Of a stretch of DNA of 64,000 bases, positions 30,705 through 40,230 are shown in pieces (the stretch's first letter is position 1; the number at the start of each line of letters is the position of its first letter). Below the pieces are notes generated by a model, which ran no database searches, was not told the DNA's origin, and saw nothing but the letters and a program-made list of their open reading frames with translations. Position numbers and translations under genes: made by a program. Source of the stretch: an uncultured Planctomycetota bacterium (lineage in GTDB: Bacteria; Planctomycetota; Planctomycetia; Pirellulales; Lacipirellulaceae); assembly GCA_963719315.1 (NCBI GenBank), contig CAVRBU010000001.1, positions 192,001 to 256,000 of the forward strand, in the 5' to 3' direction.

Positions 30705-31538
30705 ATGGAGCGTTTATTCAAGGGCAAAAAGGGTTTGATTACTGGTGTGTTCAACAAGCAGTCGATCGCTTGGGCCATCGCCGACCAGATTCTCAATGGT
30801 GGCGGCACTTGCGGCTTTTCTTACATGCCAGACAAGCCGGATGACGAGCGGAAGAAAAACCTCGGCCGCGTCACAAAGCTTATTGAAGGCAATCCGCAAG
30901 CTTCGTTCGTCCAACCAATGGATGTGACAAATGACGAGCATATCGCCGAATTGATGCGCGTCGCGAAAGAGAAACTGGGCGGCCTCGATTTCCTACTGCA
31001 CTCGATTGCGTTTGCTCTGCCGGATGATCTGAAACGCGACACGATTGAGACCAGCCGCGCGGGCTTCAAACTGGCAATGGAAATCAGCGCGTACAGCTTG
31101 ATTGCACTGGCGAATGCGGCGCGCGATATTCTCAACCCGGGCGCTACGATTTTGACGCTCACGTATTACGGTGGCGAGCGGCCGGTGCCCGGCTACAACG
31201 TGATGGGCATCTGCAAAGCGGCACTCGATTCGATAGTGAAATATCTTGCGTACGATCTCGGCCCGCGCGGCGTGCGGATCAACGCGCTAAGCCCCGGACC
31301 GCTGCAAACGATCTCCGGGCGCGGCGCCGGCGTCGACGAAATGCTTGGCTTGTACGAATCGATGGCACCGCTCGGGCGGAATGTCACGCACGAAGAGGCG
31401 GGCAAATGCGGCGCATTTTTGCTGTCGGAGATGTCATCGGGCATCACGGGTGAAATCCTGCACCTCGATGGCGGGTACAACATCATGGGCTCGCCGGGGC
31501 GAATGCTGGATCAAATCAAAGCGGCGAAAATTTCGTAG
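30705..31538 (+). CDS. fabI: Enoyl-ACP reductase
   Basis: GKKGLITGV.N..SIAW, HSIAFA, ISAYSL, YNVMGICKAAL; GGAGGTG RBS. Confidence 0.93.
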   Translation: MERLFKGKKGLITGVFNKQSIAWAIADQILNGGGTCGFSYMPDKPDDERKKNLGRVTKLIEGNPQASFVQPMDVTNDEHIAELMRVAKEKLGGLDFLLHSIAFALPDDLKRDTIETSRAGFKLAMEISAYSLIALANAARDILNPGATILTLTYYGGERPVPGYNVMGICKAALDSIVKYLAYDLGPRGVRINALSPGPLQTISGRGAGVDEMLGLYESMAPLGRNVTHEEAGKCGAFLLSEMSSGITGEILHLDGGYNIMGSPGRMLDQIKAAKIS

Positions 31539-31941
31539 GTCAGGCATTCCAGACAGACCCGGCAACGGAAGGACGCAAGTCTGTCGCACCACATCCGCTA
31601 GCACTTGTCCAAATGAGTGAATCGGCCTAGGTCGCTGCGATGGTTGGATGCTAGAGTGTGCAAACTTTACAAAAACAGCGTGGCGGCGAACCGTTGCCGC
31701 GATGTGTTGCGTAAAGACTAAACGACTTGGTTTCACCGCATGGTTTGAACGATCGACCGCGCTTTGCTGAGCCAGCGCCCGCGCGTTGGCCCGAGGTTTG
31801 CTGAGAGCGGCCGACAACCCAGTTCGTGGCAAGACTTGCCACGATCGCGGATCCGACGATCCGCAAAGCTGCATACTGCGTTGCCAAGGATTTTCGGCAA
31901 CGAGTTGCGTGCCACAAGGACGTAGCACGGAGGAACAGAGC

Positions 31942-33038
31942 ATGGAAGCTCGCATCACTCGCGCCGTAAATGTTTCGTCTCTGATTGTTGTTTGCTGGCT
32001 GCTGCCGGCTGGCCTGCTGGCCAATGCTGCCGGATACAAGACGACAAACTTCATTGTCTCGGCGCCGTCGCCGCAACTCGCCAAGGAGATTGGCGACCAG
32101 GCCGAGGTCTATCGCCGGCAGCTTGCCATCGAATGGCTCGGCCAAGAGTTGCCGCAATGGTCGAAGCCCTGCCCGATTCATGCGGACGTTTCGCCGAACA
32201 AGGGCGCTGGGGCGCGACCAGCTTCGTGTTCGACCGCGGCGAAGTATTCGGCTGGAAGATGAATATCCAAGGCTCGCGCGAGAGGATTCTCGATTCGGTG
32301 TTGCCGCACGAGGTGACGCATACGATATTTGCCTCCTACTTCCGCCAGCCGCTGCCTCGGTGGGCGGACGAAGGCGCTTGCACCACGATGGAGGACCGCA
32401 GTGAAATTGCCAAACAAGAACGCAACTTGCTGCAATACCTAAAGAGCGGACGCGGTATTCCATTCAAGCAAATGTTTGCCATGAAGGATTATCCGCAGGA
32501 TGTGATGCCACTTTACGCTCAAGGGCACTCGCTCTCCGAATGGCTGATAGAAAGCCACGGTCGCAAGGAATTCCTGGCGTTCCTGGCCGACGGAATGAGA
32601 GACGAGAACTGGCCGCGTGCCGTTCAAGAGCACTATGGGTTCGATAACCTGCTAACGATGCAAAACTCGTGGAACGACTGGGTGAAGCAAGGCCGGCCGC
32701 AACTTGCCATGGTATCCGCGCCGACGGCAGGCCAACTGGCCTCGAACGCGCGTGGCGTCAATGGCGCCGCGAAGACGCCCGCCTCGCCGGCAGTCCTGCG
32801 AATGCAGAGTCCCGATCGCATGACGCCAGTGGCCGCGACCGTGGCAACCTCGCCGATTAAGCCGTCGTCGGGCAGCGTTCCCGTAACAGTGGCTTCGCCG
32901 GGGTCGTCGGTCTACGTCGTTGCAACTGGACCAGCAGCAAGTGGGCAACAGTTGCCGCCCCCCGCGTTCAATACCTCGATGGAATCCGCGGCGAGCGTGT
33001 ATGATGCATCGCGCAGCACAGGGACGATCCGAAGATAA
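31942..33038 (+). CDS. Secreted gluzincin-like (peptidase MA) metallopeptidase; frameshift near 32210
   Basis: GGAGG RBS and signal peptide; joined sequence KGAG/GATSFVFD; HEVTH followed by PRWADEG. Confidence 0.8.
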
Positions 33039-33051
33039 AGCTGCTCGCCTA

Positions 33052-33993
33052 CTAGCCGCCCAAGAGCGTACGCGTTACATGGTAAAACACCGGAGCGGCG
33101 AAGCAGATTGCGTCGATGCGGTCGAGTACGCCGCCGTGGCCTTCGACGAGTGTTCCATAATCGCGCACGCCTCGGTCGCGCTTGATGGCGGACATCGTCA
33201 TCGAGCCGGCGAAGCCCATGACGGCCACGATCATCGACATGAACGCGGTCTGCCAGAGGTACTCGAACGGCGTGGCCCAATGGAGGACCATACCGGCGAG
33301 CGCGGTGCTGGCCGAGCCGCCGACGAGTCCCTCCCACGTACGCGAGGCGTTGATGGCCGGGGCGATCACGTGACGGCCGTAGAGCTGGCTCCAGATGAAT
33401 TGAAATGCTTCCGACAACAGGGCCATGGTGACAAAGAAAAACAGCAGTCTTGCTTTCGCACCAGAAGACGCATTCGGAATGTCCAAATACAGTAATGCCG
33501 GCGCAAAGCTCAAGCAGTACACGCAGATTAACAGACCGGATTGAATCTTCGCGACGCGCTCCAGGAATCGTTTGAAATCGCCCGCAATTGCAATTCGAGC
33601 CGGGATGAACAAAAACGCGTAAACTGGAATCCAAATGCTGTAAAAGGCATAGTTGTTGAAGGCCACCGCGACGTACTGAAGCGGCGTGAAGATAAAAAAC
33701 ACCCAGAACAGTGCCCGATGATCGCCTAGCCGCGTGGGCGTTAGCGTGATGAATTCGCGGAGGGCCCAAAAGCTCATCAGGCCAAACAAGGCGACGGTCA
33801 ACGTCGGGCTGAAGAACGCGATCGCTAACAGAGCACAGATAATGATCCAGGCTCGCACGCGGCGGTTGAACGTGGAGATGGCGGCCGCGTTCAGGCCCAA
33901 GTGGGGCTGCCGTTGCACGATCTGGCCGACGACGGTTGCCGTTCCCAGCAACGTCACGACCACGGCTGCCAGCAGCCAATCACGTCCGACCAT
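33052..33993 (-). CDS. Phosphatidate cytidylyltransferase family (YnbB/CdsA-like)
   Basis: Multi-TM; RTWEGLVGG, MSAIKRDRGVRDYG, GHGGVLDRID. Confidence 0.88.
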   Translation of the reverse strand: MVGRDWLLAAVVVTLLGTATVVGQIVQRQPHLGLNAAAISTFNRRVRAWIIICALLAIAFFSPTLTVALFGLMSFWALREFITLTPTRLGDHRALFWVFFIFTPLQYVAVAFNNYAFYSIWIPVYAFLFIPARIAIAGDFKRFLERVAKIQSGLLICVYCLSFAPALLYLDIPNASSGAKARLLFFFVTMALLSEAFQFIWSQLYGRHVIAPAINASRTWEGLVGGSASTALAGMVLHWATPFEYLWQTAFMSMIVAVMGFAGSMTMSAIKRDRGVRDYGTLVEGHGGVLDRIDAICFAAPVFYHVTRTLLGG

Positions 33994-33996
33994 CTT

Positions 33997-34602
33997 TTAG
34001 TCCACTTCCTTAAGCCGCGCCACCGCGCTCCGGGCCCGCGTCAAGAACTCGTTTTTCGTTTCGCCGGACTCCAGCCACATCGGCGGACCAAATGTGATGC
34101 ACGACAACAGCGGCACCGGCAGGAATTCGCCGCGCGGGAGCACGCGGTTCATATTATCGATATACACGGGCACGAGCTCCAGGTCGGGCCGCTTCTTGCT
34201 CAGATAATACAAGCCGCTCTTGAATTCGCCCACCGTCTCGCCCGCCTGGCGGCCACCTTCGGGGAAAATAATCAGCGAATCAGTCGTGCCAATCGCCCGG
34301 AGCATTACGTCCACCGGGCTCTGATGAACCTTAATTTCCTTGCGGTCCACAAGCAGGGCGTTGTACGTTTTGGCCATGTAACGGCGAAGCGGACCGCGGT
34401 CCCAATAGTCTTTCGCCGCCACCGGCCGGGTCAGCCGCCGTACGTCGTGAGGAAGTGCCGACCAAATAAGAATCATGTCCAGGTGGCTTGTGTGGTTCGC
34501 GAAGTAGACGCGCTGGCAAGTATCGGGCTGACAGTCGATCCAGCGCACACTGGCCCCGCTCAAGAATCGGGCCAGCGTGGTAAGGATGAGTTCGGTCAGC
34601 AT
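33997..34602 (-). CDS. Lysophospholipid acyltransferase (PlsC-like)
   Basis: NHTSHLD and FPEGGR. Confidence 0.9.
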   Translation of the reverse strand: MLTELILTTLARFLSGASVRWIDCQPDTCQRVYFANHTSHLDMILIWSALPHDVRRLTRPVAAKDYWDRGPLRRYMAKTYNALLVDRKEIKVHQSPVDVMLRAIGTTDSLIIFPEGGRQAGETVGEFKSGLYYLSKKRPDLELVPVYIDNMNRVLPRGEFLPVPLLSCITFGPPMWLESGETKNEFLTRARSAVARLKEVD

Positions 34603-34609
34603 TGCGAGA

Positions 34610-34802
34610 TTGTCCGTGGTCTGTTGTCAGTTGTCCATTGTAAGTGTGGTTGAATTGTTTGGGATTTCGCACCAAGAAGAGTTGATACAGGCCCCAGCGC
34701 TTTCAATCGTCACAGTAATTATTGGCTAGGTGTTATGCTTTTCGCAATTGCGAGCCTTCAAACGAGATTCGGCTTAATTGCAGTGAGAGACGGACAACGG
34801 AC
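34610..34802. repeat. Inverted heptamer tandem repeats
   Basis: TTGTCCG-TGGTCTG-TTGTCAG-TTGTCCA-TTGTAAG (34610-34644) and GACGGAC-AACGGAC (34789-34802, inside the 3' end of the glycosyltransferase gene). Confidence 0.6.
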
Positions 34803-36023
34803 CTTTCTTTCATACACCGATTCAATCAGGTGTTCGTAGCCGCCAACCATCGCCTCGATCGACCATTTAGCAATGACGGCGTCTCGTGCGGCGGCGCCCA
34901 TTGCCTCAGCGCGCAATGGGTCGTTGAGCAATCGCAGAATTCGGTCTGCCATTTGGTAGGCGTCGCCCGGTGTAACGAGAAAGCCTGTACGGCCTTCAGC
35001 CACCGACTCGTGGATCGATCCGACATTCGTGGCGACAACCGGCTTGCCTACGCTCATGGCTTCCAGAATCGAAACCGGGTTCGCCTCGATATGCGAAGTA
35101 AGTACGAACACATCCAACGAGGCTAGAAGTCGCGGCACGTCATCGCGTGAGCCTAGGAATAGCGCGTGCTTGGCGATGCCAAGTTCTGCAGCGCGTTGTT
35201 CCAATGCTGCCCGGCGCGGGCCGTCGCCGATAATGAGAAACCGAGTGGACGGCAGCTCGCGCAACACGCGAGTTGTCATTTCAAGGAACAGTTCATGATT
35301 CTTTTCCGGCCGCAGGGCGGCAACGATGCCAACGACTGGGTCAGTCGATCTGATGCCGAGTTCGCGGCGGACTGCGGGCGCTTCGGCAAACGGGGCAAAG
35401 CGCTGTGTGTCGACGCCGTTCGGGATCACGGCAACCCGGCTAAAGTCGATGTCAAGATTATTGGCCAGGAATTGCCCGTGAGATTCGGCGACTGCGATGA
35501 ACAAATCGGTAATTGGCGTGAGCATGCGATTGAGTCGGCCGACGCCATCCGGCCACCCGGTACTGTGAAGCGCCGAGAGAATGACCGGCACGCCGACGTG
35601 ACGGGCCGCCAACCGGCCCCAAAACATTTTGTCGCCGGCGCCGACCGTGATGACGGCATCAGTCTCTCGCTGCCGCAACAGGCCGGTGAGCCGAGGCCAG
35701 ACGCGCCAGTCATATTTGTTGCTCAACAGACCATAATGGACCGGAATTTCTTCGGCGAGCACTTCGCCAAGTTCCCCACGCTCTTTCAGGCAGCACAACT
35801 CGGGAGCAAACCGCTCGTGGTCGAGCCGGCGGATGATGTTGGCGGTCAGCATCTCGGCGCCGCCGATCCGCATGTCAGTTTGGATGAACATTACGCGAAG
35901 CGGATACTCTGATACAAATCTCGGATTTCGGATTTCGGATTTCGGATTGCAATCCAAGTTGTTCAATCCGCAATCCGCAATTTGCACTCCGCAATCGGTT
36001 TCCGATTCCGTTTCATATCGCAT
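34758..36023 (-). CDS. GT4 family glycosyltransferase
   Basis: GGAE, IPNGVD, KNH, IGDGP, EANPVSILEAM (ExxxxxxxE), PVVATNVG. Confidence 0.92.
   Translation of the reverse strand: MRYETESETDCGVQIADCGLNNLDCNPKSEIRNPRFVSEYPLRVMFIQTDMRIGGAEMLTANIIRRLDHERFAPELCCLKERGELGEVLAEEIPVHYGLLSNKYDWRVWPRLTGLLRQRETDAVITVGAGDKMFWGRLAARHVGVPVILSALHSTGWPDGVGRLNRMLTPITDLFIAVAESHGQFLANNLDIDFSRVAVIPNGVDTQRFAPFAEAPAVRRELGIRSTDPVVGIVAALRPEKNHELFLEMTTRVLRELPSTRFLIIGDGPRRAALEQRAAELGIAKHALFLGSRDDVPRLLASLDVFVLTSHIEANPVSILEAMSVGKPVVATNVGSIHESVAEGRTGFLVTPGDAYQMADRILRLLNDPLRAEAMGAAARDAVIAKWSIEAMVGGYEHLIESVYERKVRCPSLTAIKPNLV
35918..35996. repeat. Inverted heptamer tandem-repeat hairpin within the GT4 5' coding region
   Basis: ATCTCGG-(ATTTCGG)3 ... 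CAATCCG-CAATCCG-CAATTTG-CACTCCG-CAATC. Confidence 0.8.
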
Positions 36024-37554
36024 GGCTAGACTCCACAATTTCGGCCGGGCGTGACCAATGGGCATTCAGCCGGGCGAGGCAACGCTGTCGTAATTCCGCG
36101 AGCATCATTCGTTCGTCGGGTGTCAACAGAGTTTTTGAAAACGGCAGCAGGGCGCCGATCAGCAGCACAGCCGCCGTTCCGCACCACACGCCGCCGCACA
36201 GCGCGGCCGGCGCGATCGAAAGCAGAACCATGCCTCGTTCGAGCCGCATGCCGGCGCGGCCATTGATCCAATAAAGCGTGGCCAAGGCGAACGCTGTCGC
36301 AACGGTCGTCGCTACGACAGCTCCCCACAATCCGCAAGTTGGTATCAGCACCAGGTCGATGGCGATGTTGATCACCAGGCCAGCCACGAGCGGCAACACG
36401 GCGAGACGAGCTTTCTCGGCACACCACACGTAGTTTTGAGCCACAAGCAGTAGCGAATACCAGACGCAATAGGTGAGCGTCCACGGCATAACGGCTAGTC
36501 CTTGGTCATATCGATCTTCGAACGCGAAACGGAACAGCAGAGGTGAGATCCAAAGTACGCCCACGCCGCCGACTAACATCACCAGAGACGTGCCTTTGAG
36601 CACGGTATTAAGCCGATCGGAAACCTTGCGCCGGGCGCCACATTCCCAATCGTGGCTCATGTACGGCATCACGGCTCCGGCCAACAAATCCGCGACGGAA
36701 AGAAACAGAATTGGCACGATCCGGCTGGCATGATAGTGACCGACGAGCGCGAGCGCCGCCGTGTTTTCGAGTCCGCTGTAATGCACGAGCATGTATCGAT
36801 CGACGACGCCGAACAGATGACAGAAGAAATTGATGACCCATACCCAAAACGCAAACCGCATGAGCGGTGGCCAAAACTCACGATGAGCGATTGGATCGTC
36901 CGGCGCGGCTTCCGCCAACACCGCCCCGCCCTTCCAGGCAAGCATCAAAATGGCCGATAGCAAGCATCCCGCGCCGTAGCCGACCACAATACTCTCGGCC
37001 CCGAACCGCCAGCACCACATGAGTCCCAGCGAGATGACGGCAAACGAGATGCTTTGGCAAAAGTGCATCGTGGAAACGATGCTGTACTTCCGAAGGGCCG
37101 CGAACAGCGCCTCCAAGTAATGGTGCAGAACCACCGCGGCCAAACTTAGTGTGAGCACGACAACCAGCGATGTGGCATCGCTTCGGCCGAATATCAAGCC
37201 GGAGAATCGCGGCGCTTGATAGATGATTAATCCACAGGCAACGATTGTTAACGCTGCGGTCCAAGCGGTTGCCCGCCGTAAGAATGTGCGAAGTTGCCCG
37301 CGTTGCCGATAGCGTTCTAGATAGCGGCCAAACGAACCCGGTAGCCCGAGTACGACTACTGGCGCCGCCAGCAACAAGAAGCTGTACGCCATATCCCACG
37401 TGCCAAGCTCATCGGGCGAGAGCCAGCGACAAAACAAAATGCTGCGACCGAATCCGATGCTCCGTTGGACGATGTTGGCGACGAGCACAATTGCGACGCT
37501 CGCCGCCAGCGTATCGGGACGCAAATGTTGCGCTGTAGTGGGTTTCGAGTCCAT
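36013..37554 (-). CDS. Wzx-type oligosaccharide flippase
   Basis: Many TM segments; LSPDELGTW, VDRYML, VGHYHAS, LIPTCGLWGAVVAT. Confidence 0.82.
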   Translation of the reverse strand: MDSKPTTAQHLRPDTLAASVAIVLVANIVQRSIGFGRSILFCRWLSPDELGTWDMAYSFLLLAAPVVVLGLPGSFGRYLERYRQRGQLRTFLRRATAWTAALTIVACGLIIYQAPRFSGLIFGRSDATSLVVVLTLSLAAVVLHHYLEALFAALRKYSIVSTMHFCQSISFAVISLGLMWCWRFGAESIVVGYGAGCLLSAILMLAWKGGAVLAEAAPDDPIAHREFWPPLMRFAFWVWVINFFCHLFGVVDRYMLVHYSGLENTAALALVGHYHASRIVPILFLSVADLLAGAVMPYMSHDWECGARRKVSDRLNTVLKGTSLVMLVGGVGVLWISPLLFRFAFEDRYDQGLAVMPWTLTYCVWYSLLLVAQNYVWCAEKARLAVLPLVAGLVINIAIDLVLIPTCGLWGAVVATTVATAFALATLYWINGRAGMRLERGMVLLSIAPAALCGGVWCGTAAVLLIGALLPFSKTLLTPDERMMLAELRQRCLARLNAHWSRPAEIVESSHAI

Positions 37555-37584
37555 AAAGTGATAAAATGATTAGAAGATCCGGTT

Positions 37585-37708
37585 TCTCGCAGAGGCGCAA
37601 AGAACGAGGAGAAATTCATTGAATTCAAAACGTAAGCGATGGTTGAGTCTGCAATGGATTGGCGTCAATCAACTGGATGGCTTCCGCGCCGTTTGCGCCT
37701 CTGCGAGA
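37585..37708. repeat. Inverted ~9-nt periodic repeat element (CGC type) overlapping the deacetylase 3' end
   Basis: Perfect 17-bp inverted repeat TCTCGCAGAGGCGCAAA / TTTGCGCCTCTGCGAGA. Confidence 0.8.
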
Positions 37709-38563
37709 GCCTTCTTCCAAATCATTTCGAAATTCGCCCGGTTCGACGTTGTAGTGCTTTCGCAGTTTTCGCGGATCGACGGTCATCCAATTCACAAACC
37801 GAATGAATTCTTCATCCGCGTGGAAACGGCGGAGATGAAACGGGTCGTCGCCGGGGAAGTTGTAGCCGCCGTAGGCGGAGCAGACACCTGCGAAGGCCGC
37901 TTCGTAGGCGATCCGAAAGGCCGCGGCCGATATGTTTTCAGGCTGCCCGTACGGAAATGCGAAATAGCGGACGGGTTTTCCGATCGCATCTTCCAGTTCA
38001 CGTTTCGAACCGACGATTTCGTCCTTCAGTTGGTCAAACGAATCGATCGCACCCAAGTTGGCGTGACTCCGCGTGTGGGCGCCGATTTCGACGCCGATCG
38101 CCGCCAACTCGCGGATGTGTGCGAGCGTGTTTACGGCCAATGGCCGGCCGGCTTCGACGTCGTGCGGAAACGGCTGTCCGTGTAGGACATGATTGGTCGA
38201 CACAAAGTACGCGAACGGAATGTTGTGCTTCAAAAGTAGCGGAATCGCCTCGCGTCGGTTGTCGGCGTACCCGTCGTCGAACGTGATGCATGCCGTGGGG
38301 ACGCGGTTTCGACCTGAGGCGATCCGATCTTGTGCTTCGGCTAACGTCACCAGGTCGAACTGCTCGCGCAACCAGCGGATTTGCGCGGTAAAGGCCTTGG
38401 AGCGCATGGTCCAAGGATTCGGGAAATCGTCCGCTACGCGGTGATAGAACAGCATCCGCACCGGTTCGCGATGTTCGGCCGCGCGGTCGATCGCCGCTCG
38501 CCGCCGCGCGGGCAGCGTCGAGAAATAGTAAACGCTCAGAGCGTAGTTTTTCCAGGAGAGCAT
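37625..38563 (-). CDS. Polysaccharide deacetylase (CE4)
   Basis: FYHRV, ITFDDGY, GAHTRSH, FAFPYG. Confidence 0.92.
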   Translation of the reverse strand: MLSWKNYALSVYYFSTLPARRRAAIDRAAEHREPVRMLFYHRVADDFPNPWTMRSKAFTAQIRWLREQFDLVTLAEAQDRIASGRNRVPTACITFDDGYADNRREAIPLLLKHNIPFAYFVSTNHVLHGQPFPHDVEAGRPLAVNTLAHIRELAAIGVEIGAHTRSHANLGAIDSFDQLKDEIVGSKRELEDAIGKPVRYFAFPYGQPENISAAAFRIAYEAAFAGVCSAYGGYNFPGDDPFHLRRFHADEEFIRFVNWMTVDPRKLRKHYNVEPGEFRNDLEEGSRRGANGAEAIQLIDANPLQTQPSLTF

Positions 38564-38606
38564 ATTACGTAGGTCAGGCTTTGACTTGACGCGTATCAAA
38601 ATCCAA

Positions 38607-39788
38607 TTAGGTTCCACTCGAAAAACTCACAAGTTCCGCACCCTGCCGCGCCAAATCGGTCAGCGCGTCGGCAACGTTCCATACCCGACCGCGGAACCGA
38701 GCCAGCCGTCGATTGGGCACGACTCGATAGTCACAAGTCGCCCGCGGCGTGGCTCGCCAATGGGCTTTGTATGGCTCATCACCTCGGAGGAAATCGAGTT
38801 GATGATGGCCTTCGTCGATCGCTTGCCTGAGGCAGTGGATCGTCGATAGGCGGCCTGGCTCGTCCGCAAGTCGATCGGGATCGACGCCCCCTTGATAGAC
38901 GTAAGTCGCGTTGCTGCCGGCCAGATGATACTCTGCGGCCGCCGGGCGACCATCGAGGGCCAGCCACGACATCCTCAAATTGCCGAGCGCGAGCAACCGA
39001 CCGACGACTTCGCGGTGGAATTCAAAAAACGGCCGCGACGCAAAGCAGCCCGGTTCGCCCAGGCTTCGCCGCCGCCGTTGATGGAGATCGACCAGCACGG
39101 ACCAGGCGGCGTCGAGTTCGGCTGCATTGCGGACGGGGTGCCACTGCACGCGGTCGGATTCAAGTACGCGGCGTTCCAACTGCCGCAGTTGTTTGCGGTG
39201 CGATTTGGAGATGCCGGCCAGGTAATCGTCCCAAGTCGCTGGCAGATCGAGTGACCAACACGCGTCGGCGTGCTGGCGAGAAACGAGACATTCGCGTAGC
39301 TCGAGTTCGGCCAGCAATTGATTCACCGCTGTATCGCCGGCATCGACCGCGGCTAAATCCAACCGGTCCCAATCGTCGTGCGCGATCGTAAGCGCTTCGG
39401 CAACGGCAACCGCAACGCGCTCGCCATCTGCGGGCCGACACACGAGCGACAAGTGGTCGGTACAAACCTCACAGTCGCCGAGCCAGCGAAGCACGTTGCC
39501 TTTGAGCGGGTTGAAGTCGAGATACCAGGGCGCGACGCCAATCAGGTTGCGAGCAGTAGCCGATCCGGGTGCAGCGAATTCGGCGTCATCATACACGGCC
39601 AAGACATTGAGTCGCCGGTGACGAGCAGGACCCACTTGCTGATTTTCACTGCCAAGGGCGTTGCCGTAGTATTTCCACCAGGTGGCCAGCCAATCCCAAG
39701 TGCGAAATGGCACGCCGGTCACCATTGCGTTCCAGTATGGCTCAAGTGCGGTGAGTTCAGGCCAGGTTGTTATTCGCTCGACGTGCAT
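38607..39788 (-). CDS. GNAT acetyltransferase, CelD/BcsL (HfsK-like) type
   Basis: LPATWDDYL..SKSHRKQLRQLERR, LHQRR, YQGGVDP, PG, DFLRGDEPYKAHW. Confidence 0.88.
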   Translation of the reverse strand: MHVERITTWPELTALEPYWNAMVTGVPFRTWDWLATWWKYYGNALGSENQQVGPARHRRLNVLAVYDDAEFAAPGSATARNLIGVAPWYLDFNPLKGNVLRWLGDCEVCTDHLSLVCRPADGERVAVAVAEALTIAHDDWDRLDLAAVDAGDTAVNQLLAELELRECLVSRQHADACWSLDLPATWDDYLAGISKSHRKQLRQLERRVLESDRVQWHPVRNAAELDAAWSVLVDLHQRRRRSLGEPGCFASRPFFEFHREVVGRLLALGNLRMSWLALDGRPAAAEYHLAGSNATYVYQGGVDPDRLADEPGRLSTIHCLRQAIDEGHHQLDFLRGDEPYKAHWRATPRATCDYRVVPNRRLARFRGRVWNVADALTDLARQGAELVSFSSGT

Positions 39789-39844
39789 GTTTGTGCTGAC
39801 GTTGTGAAACTAGACTCCGGTCGCGATGACCAGCAGGACACTTC

Positions 39845-39860
39845 TGCAAACGCAGTGCCC
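39845..39860 (-). promoter_or_regulatory. Sigma-54 (-24/-12) promoter for the leftward operon
   Basis: GGGCACTGCGTTTGCA fits GG-N10-GC with GGCAC and TTGCA, 57 bp upstream of ATG 39788. Confidence 0.65.
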
Positions 39861-40147
39861 TTCTGTTTTCCGGTCGTGCCATGAGCTGAGCTTCACGAAA
39901 CTCTGCCGTAATCGTGTCGGAAAGCAACTTCCGCTCCCACCAACTCGCATTTCGCGAACCGGTTGTGCCGCATATGCAGAGTTTCCGTTGCGTTGCGGCG
40001 CGGCCACACGTTGCATGACTGAAACACGTTCGGCCCAATCGGCGGTCCGCCAACTCGACGGCACGAACTGGAAAGGTCGCTGGAAATTAGGGCTATTCGT
40101 TGAATTCGCCAGAGGTGTAAGTGGCCACCTTCCAGACTTCCGGTGGC

Positions 40148-40163
40148 CGGCACACACTTTGCC
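40148..40163 (+). promoter_or_regulatory. Sigma-54 (-24/-12) promoter for the rightward operon
   Basis: CGGCACACACTTTGCC fits GG-N10-GC with GGCAC and TTGC, 68 bp upstream of ATG 40231. Confidence 0.65.
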
Positions 40164-40230
40164 TAGAAAATTTCCGCACGCTGATACGCCGCCGCACCAC
40201 AGACAAATTCGTCACTTGAGGACTCGATTC

